Origin: Myxococcota bacterium
Lineage (GTDB): Bacteria > Myxococcota_A > UBA796
Assembly: GCA_036127535.1 (NCBI GenBank)
Contig: JAYYRF010000850.1
Location: 1 to 59,737, forward strand
Reading direction: 5' to 3'
DNA: 59,737 nucleotides
A model generated the notes under the pieces. It had not been told where the DNA came from and searched no databases. It saw only the letters and a list, made by a program, of their open reading frames with translations. Positions 44,270 through 51,612 of this stretch are shown in pieces; within the stretch, counting starts at the first letter, position 1, and each line of letters opens with the position of its first letter. Position numbers and translations under genes: made by a program.

Positions 44270-44956
44270 ATGAAAAGAAGAATATTGATTCGCAATGGTG
44301 CTTTGGCCGGACTTGGCTTGCTCTCTCAGCGCTGCACACCAGCGGCAAAAGTCGTTACATCGACACCCATTAGCCCCCTGACACCACCCCAAACGGAAGG
44401 GCCTTTTTTCCCAAACCAAGAACAAAATGATTTGGACGCCGATCTCACGCAGGTCGACTCGCAAGAGGAAAAAGCCACCGGCGAGCAGGTAATCGTGCGG
44501 GTTCACTTGACCGACAGCAACGGAAATCCCATCGAAGAGGCCATGTTCGATATATGGCAAGCCTGCGCGTCCGGACGATACAATCACAGTGACGATACCT
44601 CCAGTGCACCTCTGGATCCAAATTTTCAATATTGGGCGCGTCTGTACACGAACCATCAAGGTTTTCTTCAGTTTAAAACGATCATTCCCGGAAGTTATCC
44701 CGCCTCTTCCGATTGGGATCGACCACCGCACATTCACTTTCAGATTTCGATAGCAGCAGAAGAAAAACTCACCTCACAAATGTACTTCGACGGTCATCCG
44801 CTCAACGATATAGATCGAATCCTCAATAAGACCAAAGTAGAATACGGAGAAGAAGCAGCCAACAATCTGATTGTCGATTTTTCCCAGCGCAATGAAGATG
44901 GCATCGGCGTCGGTGACTTCCACATTGTGCTCGGTCTCACACCCGCCACCGAGTAG
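44270..44956 (+). CDS. Intradiol ring-cleavage dioxygenase family protein with Tat-like signal
   Basis: Begins MKRRILIRNGALAGLGLL (twin-Arg). Contains TEGPFFP, DIWQACASGRYNH, IIPGSYP and RPPHIHFQI, the intradiol dioxygenase core pattern. Confidence 0.85.
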   Translation: MKRRILIRNGALAGLGLLSQRCTPAAKVVTSTPISPLTPPQTEGPFFPNQEQNDLDADLTQVDSQEEKATGEQVIVRVHLTDSNGNPIEEAMFDIWQACASGRYNHSDDTSSAPLDPNFQYWARLYTNHQGFLQFKTIIPGSYPASSDWDRPPHIHFQISIAAEEKLTSQMYFDGHPLNDIDRILNKTKVEYGEEAANNLIVDFSQRNEDGIGVGDFHIVLGLTPATE

Positions 44957-44957
44957 A

Positions 44958-46691
44958 CTATTGGTCTATTTTGGCACGAAGACTTTGTTCCAACTCTTCG
45001 TGACCGTGACGGGCGGCGTCATCTGCAGCCGTACCGCCAAACCGATCCTTTGCTCCTACGTCCGCTCCGTTTTGGAGTAAGTAGCCGACCACGTCTACAT
45101 GATTGTGCGCTGCGGCCAAATGCAATGGCGTCCGACCATCGTAATCGCCCAAAGCGAGCTCTCCGCCTCCGCGGTGAATGCGCTGTATCTGCTCTAAATC
45201 ACCATCCGCGGCAGCTTGACAAAGATCGGAAATCACCGCATCTGATCGGATTTTCGCTCCGGCTTGAACGAGGAGTTCGATGATATCGTCATGACGATGG
45301 CGAATCGCATCGCTAAGAGGACCAACCCCCCAACGATCGACTACGTTCACGTCGGCTCCTCGTTCGATTAAAAAGGAAACAACATTTTTTTGCCCCTCCG
45401 CCGCGGCCAAATGCAGAGAGGTTCGCCCATCGTAGTCTCCGCTATTGACATCAAAATTACTGGCGAGCATTCTTTCGATGGCCTCTACATCGCCACGACT
45501 GGCGGCCGCACAACTAAGAACGGGAAAAATGGCCTTCGATATCTGCTCGGATATACCGATTTCTCCCCCTTGCGTAATCACCTGCGCGACCGAATCTACA
45601 AATTGCTGCTCTTGGAATGAAAAGCGATTACGCCCTTGAAAATCATTGAGTTCACCTCGAAGCGGCTTCCCCATATTTTCCTTGACCTGTGCAAGCGTGA
45701 GATCTTCTTGTGAGAGGAGGTATGCCAACTTGGTAAGCGCCGCTTCCGGCGTCATGTCATAGCCGCTGCAAACCCCAACGCTACCCAAAATGGATCCGGT
45801 TTCATACGCATCACTCACCGTACCTTTGACGCATTGCGTACAATTAACAATAATCACCCCCCGATCGGCAGCCTTCTTTAGCGCCGCGATAAAGTCGGCA
45901 CGGCTGGCCGGAACGTTACCGGCGCCATAACTCTCTAAAATCAATCCCCGAAGCGGCGGCTGAAGAAAGTTTTCCACCAAGGCTGTGCTGATGCCTGGAA
46001 ATAAACGAAGAGCCGCAACATTTTGCTCTTTGATCTCTCGCAAGCGCAACGGTCGCGCGGGTGCCGGCAGAATCAGATGCCAAGAAACCTCGATGTCGAT
46101 CCCGATTTTAGCCAGTGGTGGTAAGTTACCGGACTGAAAAGCACCCAAGCCCGAAGCATCCATTTTTTGGGTTCGGTTTCCACGGAAGAGTTGGTTATCG
46201 AAATACAGACCCACCTCCGGTATTTGATATAGACCGGCCATGGTCAAGGCGCCCAACAAGTTATTCACCGCATCATTTCTCACTTCCGAGAGCGGTATTT
46301 GCGATCCGGTGATGACGACGGTTTTTCGCAGGTTCACCAACATAAACGACAGAGCGGAAGCGGTATAGGACATCGTATCGGTGCCGTGTAGAACAACAAA
46401 CCCATCGTATTCATCGTAGTTTGACTCGATTTCGCGCGCGATCTTGACCCACGAGCGAACGTCCATATTCGCGGAATCGAGGAGCGGATCGTACTCGATG
46501 ATATCGTAGTGTATACGAATTCCAGACTTTGAAGGCGGCGTCGTACGCGGTGGTGCCTTGGGATCTTGAAAAGCGTACAGACTTCGGAGTTGATGCTCCA
46601 TCCAGCCGGCGGCCGGCGCATAACCGGACGGCGTCTGCTTCATTCCGATCGTACCACCGGTGTAGATGATTAGGACGTTTCGAATAGACAT
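44958..46691 (-). CDS. Type I L-asparaginase fused to C-terminal ankyrin repeats
   Basis: The N-terminus IIYTGGTIGM (catalytic Thr motif), HGTDTM and ...GAGN belong to an asparaginase. The C-terminal ~170 aa carry 4 or more ankyrin units (GRTSLHLAAAEGQKNVVSFLIERGADVNVVD; GRTPLHLAAAHNHVDVVGYLLQNGADVGAKD). Confidence 0.9.
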   Translation of the reverse strand: MSIRNVLIIYTGGTIGMKQTPSGYAPAAGWMEHQLRSLYAFQDPKAPPRTTPPSKSGIRIHYDIIEYDPLLDSANMDVRSWVKIAREIESNYDEYDGFVVLHGTDTMSYTASALSFMLVNLRKTVVITGSQIPLSEVRNDAVNNLLGALTMAGLYQIPEVGLYFDNQLFRGNRTQKMDASGLGAFQSGNLPPLAKIGIDIEVSWHLILPAPARPLRLREIKEQNVAALRLFPGISTALVENFLQPPLRGLILESYGAGNVPASRADFIAALKKAADRGVIIVNCTQCVKGTVSDAYETGSILGSVGVCSGYDMTPEAALTKLAYLLSQEDLTLAQVKENMGKPLRGELNDFQGRNRFSFQEQQFVDSVAQVITQGGEIGISEQISKAIFPVLSCAAASRGDVEAIERMLASNFDVNSGDYDGRTSLHLAAAEGQKNVVSFLIERGADVNVVDRWGVGPLSDAIRHRHDDIIELLVQAGAKIRSDAVISDLCQAAADGDLEQIQRIHRGGGELALGDYDGRTPLHLAAAHNHVDVVGYLLQNGADVGAKDRFGGTAADDAARHGHEELEQSLRAKIDQ

Positions 46692-46965
46692 GGGATTCTC
46701 ACACTTGGGTTCTATATGTAAAAACTACATTTGAAATAAGAGGAAGCGGGTCGAAAAGATGCAGTGCTATGTGGACGCACCGAGAAGAAAGCCCCTCATG
46801 GCCTGTAGAAGATATTGTATAAAAGGACAGCTCGTTCGTCAAGAATCGGATCCCCACGGGAAGGCGTTTTACCCTTTCTCCTCATTGACAACCCGCCTAG
46901 CACAGCAAAGAAGAATCAGTTAGGGTTCAAACGATGTAACAAACACACATTCACCGGGAGGGATT

Positions 46966-47664
46966 GTGAACAAAGTATATGACAACGCAACGGCAGCCAT
47001 TTTCGACATTGGGGACAACATCACGCTCATGAGTGGTGGCTTTGGACTGTGTGGTAATCCAGAAAATCTGATCAAAGCCCTTCACGATAGAGGAACCCAA
47101 GGCATCACCGTAATATCCAACAACTGCGGTACCGACTTCAAAGGTCTGGGTGTTTTGTTACAGAGCCGCCAAATCATAAAAATGATCTCCAGTTATGTGG
47201 GGGAAAACAAAAACTTTGAAGAGCAATACCTCTCGGGCGAACTGGAGGTCGACTTGGTTCCCCAAGGAACGCTCGCAGAAAGAATTCGTGCTGGAGGAGC
47301 CGGTATACCCGCATTTTTCACCCCTACCGGCGTCGGAACCAAAGTCGCAGAAGGCAAAGAAGTTCGCATCTTCAACGGAAAAAAGACCATATTGGAAAAA
47401 GCCCTTCACGCAGACTTCGCATTTGTGAAAGCCTGGAAAGGAGACACGCACGGTAATCTTATCTATCGAGCCACTGCGCGAAACTTCAATCCTATGATGG
47501 CCATGGCGGGAAAAATCACCATTGCAGAAGTCGAAGAACTCGTCCCGGCCGGCCAACTCGATCCCGATCAAATCCACACATCAGGTATTTTCGTACAACG
47601 CATCATCCAAGGCGAAGACTACGAGAAACCCATCGAACAACGTACAACCCGACCACGCGCATAA
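46966..47664 (+). CDS. scoA: 3-oxoacid CoA-transferase subunit A
   Basis: GTG start preceded by GGGAGGGA. Contains GGFGLCGNPENLI, GELEVDLVPQGTLAERIRAGGAGIPAFFT, and KAWKGD..GNL.Y. Confidence 0.9.
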   Translation: MNKVYDNATAAIFDIGDNITLMSGGFGLCGNPENLIKALHDRGTQGITVISNNCGTDFKGLGVLLQSRQIIKMISSYVGENKNFEEQYLSGELEVDLVPQGTLAERIRAGGAGIPAFFTPTGVGTKVAEGKEVRIFNGKKTILEKALHADFAFVKAWKGDTHGNLIYRATARNFNPMMAMAGKITIAEVEELVPAGQLDPDQIHTSGIFVQRIIQGEDYEKPIEQRTTRPRA

Positions 47665-47676
47665 GGAGAAACCATC

Positions 47677-48390
47677 ATGGCATTAACACGAACAGAAATG
47701 GTCAAACGCGTTTCAAAAGAGCTTCAAGACGGATTTTATGTCAACTTGGGGATCGGTATTCCAACGATGGTTGCCAATCACATCCCACAGGGAATCGAAG
47801 TCGTACTGCACTCTGAAAACGGTCTGCTCGGCATCGGTCCGTTTCCTTTTGACGGAGAAGAAGATGCCGATCTCATCAATGCGGGCAAACAGACGGTCAG
47901 CACCCTACCCGGTTCTTCTTTTTTTTCCAGCGCCACGTCCTTTGCCATGATTCGCGGCGGTCATATTGACCTCGCAATTCTCGGCTCAATGGAAATTAGC
48001 CAAGAGGGAGACATCGCAAACTATATGATCCCCGGTAAAAAGGTGAAAGGAATGGGCGGTGCAATGGATCTTGTGGCCGGAGCGAAGCGCGTGATCGTCG
48101 TGATGGATCACAACGCCAAAAAGCCCCGCGGTCCGGACGGCAAGCGTCCACCAGGGCCGGGCGCTGCAAAATTGCTCAAAAAGTGTAAATTGCCGCTCAC
48201 CGGCGAGAAGTGCGTTCACCACGTGCTCACCGATTTGGGCTGGTTTGACATAATCGAAGACGAGGAGGGACAGCGCGCTCTTCTCTTGACGGAAATTGCA
48301 CCGGGTGAGACAGTTGAGACGGTACGGAGTCGTACCGAAGCCGACTTTGCTGTCTCCGACCAGCTCAAAGAAATTGACATTTCGGTTTAA
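47677..48390 (+). CDS. scoB: 3-oxoacid CoA-transferase subunit B
   Basis: Contains YVNLGIGIPT, SENGLLGIGP (catalytic Glu motif) and GMGGAMDLVAGAKRVIV. It carries a Pro/Gly/Lys-rich insertion (KKPRGPDGKRPPGPGAAK) before the CKLPLTG segment. Confidence 0.9.
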   Translation: MALTRTEMVKRVSKELQDGFYVNLGIGIPTMVANHIPQGIEVVLHSENGLLGIGPFPFDGEEDADLINAGKQTVSTLPGSSFFSSATSFAMIRGGHIDLAILGSMEISQEGDIANYMIPGKKVKGMGGAMDLVAGAKRVIVVMDHNAKKPRGPDGKRPPGPGAAKLLKKCKLPLTGEKCVHHVLTDLGWFDIIEDEEGQRALLLTEIAPGETVETVRSRTEADFAVSDQLKEIDISV

Positions 48391-48476
48391 TTTCCGGAAA
48401 TCCTCACGGAGTCCCGCGGGCAAGCTGAAATGTATGGATGGGATCCTTGAACGTCCGTCTCCATCTTCAGAGGCTA

Positions 48477-49949
48477 CTAATCTTCCCAATCGGCAAAGAA
48501 GTCGACCCGTCTTCTGTCGGAGGCCGCGCGTCTTGCGCGCGGCCGTGCCCATTCACGCAAGTCCTTAAGCTGGTCATCCATCGTAAGGGCGAGAGGAATG
48601 ATTTCTCTCGCCGATTCCAAGAGATCGATGGTGTCCAGTTCTCGCGACTCTGAGAAAGCGTTGAACAAACCGGAAATCACAACCTGTTCCAGTTCCGCGC
48701 CGCTAAAGAGCTCGGTTTCTTCAACCACGACAGTTAGATCAAAATTCGCTGGATCGCGCGCGCGACGTCGAAGATGAATGTCCATAATCTCCAATCGGTC
48801 GTGCACGTCGGGTAAGTCGACAAAAAATATCTCATCAAAGCGACCTTTTCGCAGTAATTCCGGCGGTAGGGATCGAACATCATTGGCCGTCGCAATCACA
48901 AAAATCGGCTTGGTCTTTTCTTGCATCCAGGTCAAAAAGATACCCAAAGCGTCTCCCGAACCTTCTTTTTGAGCAAATCCCTTTTCCAGTTCGTCGATCC
49001 AAAGAACCGCTGGCGCCATGCTTTCTGCGATTCGAATCGTCTCTCGCAGCCCCTCTTCTACCGAACGCTGAAAGAGTACCGATACATCCAAACCGAGAAG
49101 CGGCAGATTCCAACTTTTCGCAACCACCTTGGCCATCAAAGACTTACCGCAACCTTGAACCCCCAAGAGAAACAGCCCTTTCGGCTGCGGAAGCCCAAAG
49201 GCTTGTGCTTCTTTCGAGAAGGCATTTTGTCTTTGTAACAACCATTTTTTGAGATTTTCCATTCCCCCAATTTCCATGGGCAAATCTTGTACGTCCCAAA
49301 ACTCTAAAAACCGACTTTTTCGTATAATTCGGCGCTTCTCTTCCACCTGCAAAGAGAGATCCGACTCCGAGAATCGATTACCCGATAGTAGGATACGACT
49401 GTAGAGACGCTTAATTTCCTCTTCGGTTAACCCGAGGGCGCCGCGTACAAAGCGCTGAAACAAGCTTGAATCTAAGGTTATCTTTTGTCGGTCGCACAAC
49501 ACCTGAAGAAGACGGGATCCATCCGACTCTGAAGGGAGTGGAATATCGAGCACGGTAATGCTCTTCTCCAACTCGTCTGGAATGATCATCTTGGGAGACA
49601 CGATCAGCAGCGTTTGAGATAGAGAACCCATCTTTAGGCATAAATCGCGAATCCAACGAATCACAGAGGGATCGAACAGGTCGAGATGCAAATCCCAAAA
49701 AATTCCCAATACCGGGTCGGGAAAGGAAGCGAAGGCCGCCAGCGCATCTTCAGCGTTCTTTGTATCCGCGATCAACTCACCGGACATGTTCAAACCGACC
49801 GTTCTTCTCCAGAAGCATAATTGTAGATTTTCCTGCTTGGCAACATGCTCCACACTTTTTTGAAGGCGCGCCTCTTCAAAACTCAGGAGATAGAGAACCG
49901 GATAGCGCGCACGAATATGAATTTGCAGTTGTTTAATCAGTTTTTGCAT
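48477..49949 (-). CDS. Ycf46-like single-module AAA+ ATPase
   Basis: The N-terminus [20 protein letters not shown] is typical of Ycf46-type proteins. Walker A is GVQGCGKS, Walker B is VLWIDELEK, and [14 protein letters not shown] is the second region of homology. Confidence 0.85.
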   Translation of the reverse strand: MQKLIKQLQIHIRARYPVLYLLSFEEARLQKSVEHVAKQENLQLCFWRRTVGLNMSGELIADTKNAEDALAAFASFPDPVLGIFWDLHLDLFDPSVIRWIRDLCLKMGSLSQTLLIVSPKMIIPDELEKSITVLDIPLPSESDGSRLLQVLCDRQKITLDSSLFQRFVRGALGLTEEEIKRLYSRILLSGNRFSESDLSLQVEEKRRIIRKSRFLEFWDVQDLPMEIGGMENLKKWLLQRQNAFSKEAQAFGLPQPKGLFLLGVQGCGKSLMAKVVAKSWNLPLLGLDVSVLFQRSVEEGLRETIRIAESMAPAVLWIDELEKGFAQKEGSGDALGIFLTWMQEKTKPIFVIATANDVRSLPPELLRKGRFDEIFFVDLPDVHDRLEIMDIHLRRRARDPANFDLTVVVEETELFSGAELEQVVISGLFNAFSESRELDTIDLLESAREIIPLALTMDDQLKDLREWARPRARRAASDRRRVDFFADWED

Positions 49950-50006
49950 ATACTTGGAGGATAACCGAATTAAAATGGTTTGTGTTGGTTAAAAAACAGG
50001 TCTACA

Positions 50007-50579
50007 ATGCTTTTCTTACTTCTCGCTTGCTCGGATATCAAAGAAGATACAAAGCCCGATGAAAATAATACCCAACCCGTACTGGATACGGCACAAGACA
50101 CCACCCAAGACACCGCCCAAGATACCGCACAGGATACCGCAAGCCTCGATACGTCTCAGCCAGAGGAGGAGCGGGACTGCCCCGAACTCTCCGCCGTCGT
50201 AGCATGGGAGAGCGACAAAGTGTCCTTGAGCGTCTCGGCTTCTGATGAAAACGCTTCCTACTACTTTGGGATGGCCCAAACATACCGGTCAGAAGGCTTA
50301 CAGTGGACGGGAGAAGATTGTCATCTCGGTTTCAATACACAAGAGGGAGAAGAGTACAAATACTGTCATCCCGCAGGTATGGGTACGAATGTCGGTGTCA
50401 GTCTTGAATACGGTGCGTCTTTTTCCGCGGTTCAAGAAGGGGTAAATACCCATTTCACCAGCATGGAGTTCGATGGACAGGTCAGTTACCTTCTCAAAGA
50501 TGCCATTGGCGGCTGCTGTTGGGTTTGGGGAGAAGATCCAACCTATTTCGACACACTACGATGCTTATCTCTCCCATAG
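50007..50579 (+). CDS. Lipoprotein with (A/T)QDT repeat linker (hypothetical)
   Basis: Begins MLFLLLACSD (lipobox). The DTAQDTTQDTAQDTAQDTAS linker is followed by a Cys-containing ~130-aa domain. Confidence 0.6.
   Translation: MLFLLLACSDIKEDTKPDENNTQPVLDTAQDTTQDTAQDTAQDTASLDTSQPEEERDCPELSAVVAWESDKVSLSVSASDENASYYFGMAQTYRSEGLQWTGEDCHLGFNTQEGEEYKYCHPAGMGTNVGVSLEYGASFSAVQEGVNTHFTSMEFDGQVSYLLKDAIGGCCWVWGEDPTYFDTLRCLSLP
50091..50138 (+). repeat. 4 x 12-nt tandem coding microsatellite ((A/T)QDT)
   Basis: The sequence is gcacaagacacc acccaagacacc gcccaagatacc gcacaggatacc. Confidence 0.9.
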
Positions 50580-50592
50580 GATTTTTTGACAT

Positions 50593-51612
50593 ATGCTCTT
50601 TCTATTTCTTCTCTCGCCCAGCAAAGCCGATTGCGGTGACCCACTACACTTTCGAGACTCGATTCCGGTCGACGGTGCGATCAACGTCTCTCCGTACACG
50701 CATCCGTTTTTGTCCTTCGTGGGAGATGGTGACGTATCTGAATTAACGATAACGCTTAGTAATGCAAGCGGTGATGCAATACCCGCCTCCATGGACGGCG
50801 CCTGTTACCTACACGAATCCGACACGGAATTCCACTGCAACTGGAGCATCGTTCCTTCGGAGCCACTACAAGGCAGTTCCCAATATACTATATCAGCGGT
50901 CAAAAGCGACGGTTCCTCTCCCAGTGGATGGAGCGATATCTCTTTCACGACCAACAGTTCCACCACAATATCCGTGCCCGATGCACCGATATTGGAAATG
51001 ACATACTTCGGCCCGAGAAATGGCATCGGTGTAGACGAATGCGATTGGCAAGATGCCAGCAGTTACGAGTTTCTCGTTACACTGTCGCAAAGTGCGAATA
51101 AACGCGGGCTTATCGACGTATTCGACGTGAGCAATACGGATCCGGAATATGTCCATACACTCTTCGTCGCCTCGAACCAAACCGTGGTCGACTTTCGACA
51201 AGTGGTCACTCCGGGTACGGAGGAAGGACGCTGCTACTACGTTACATATACACGCTATTCGGGAGAAGAAAGCGCTCCCTCTGATACACTGTGCCACGAT
51301 GGCTCCGCCTACGGAGAGCAAACGCTCCCCGAGCTCCCTCCTGAGCCCGCAGCAGAACCCACATCTGAACCAACCTCGGAACCTACCGCAGAGCCGACAT
51401 CCGAACCCACCACAGAGCCGACATCCGAACCCACCGCAGAGCCGACGTCTGAACCCAACGAAGAATCCAATCCGGATGATTCCAATTCGCAAGGTCCCAA
51501 GGGAGGAACGGAGATCTCTGTAGAAAGCGGTGGTTGTGGTGGTGGATCCGCCCTGCTTTTGTTGCCGTTTCTATGCCTTTACACGCGCTCAACGCGTACC
51601 AAGCAGTTGTAG
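50593..51612 (+). CDS. Secreted Ig-like (SbsA-type) domain protein with EPT(S/A/T) linker and MYXO-CTERM-like sorting tail
   Basis: Signal peptide present. SIPVDGAINVSP...LTITL is typical of bacterial Ig-like (SbsA) domains. The linker has 8 or more EPTx units. The C-terminus is ESGGCGGGSALLLLPFLCLYTRSTRTKQL (Gly/Cys, then TM, then a basic tail). Confidence 0.65.
   Translation: MLFLFLLSPSKADCGDPLHFRDSIPVDGAINVSPYTHPFLSFVGDGDVSELTITLSNASGDAIPASMDGACYLHESDTEFHCNWSIVPSEPLQGSSQYTISAVKSDGSSPSGWSDISFTTNSSTTISVPDAPILEMTYFGPRNGIGVDECDWQDASSYEFLVTLSQSANKRGLIDVFDVSNTDPEYVHTLFVASNQTVVDFRQVVTPGTEEGRCYYVTYTRYSGEESAPSDTLCHDGSAYGEQTLPELPPEPAAEPTSEPTSEPTAEPTSEPTTEPTSEPTAEPTSEPNEESNPDDSNSQGPKGGTEISVESGGCGGGSALLLLPFLCLYTRSTRTKQL
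51355..51456 (+). repeat. About 8.5 x 12-nt tandem coding repeat (EPT[S/A/T]) with a 24-nt higher-order unit
   Basis: The sequence runs gaacccacatct gaaccaacctcg gaacctaccgca gagccgacatcc gaacccaccaca gagccgacatcc gaacccaccgca gagccgacgtct gaaccc. Confidence 0.9.

Noticed and set aside
46915-46945. GGTTCAAAC segment resembling a tRNA T-loop in the 274-nt spacer upstream of scoA.
   Set aside because: The flanking bases do not form a T-stem, and no acceptor or anticodon arms can be drawn.
48390-48401. Perfect 12-nt palindrome ATTTCCGGAAAT (plus CCCGCGGG nearby) between the convergent scoB and AAA+ genes.
   Set aside because: It is too short and lacks a T-tract, so I cannot call it a terminator or operator. 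It could be chance.
50091-51456. Short tandem repeats that could superficially look like a CRISPR or other non-coding array.
   Set aside because: The units are 12 nt with no spacers, and they lie in frame inside two well-supported ORFs as low-complexity linkers.
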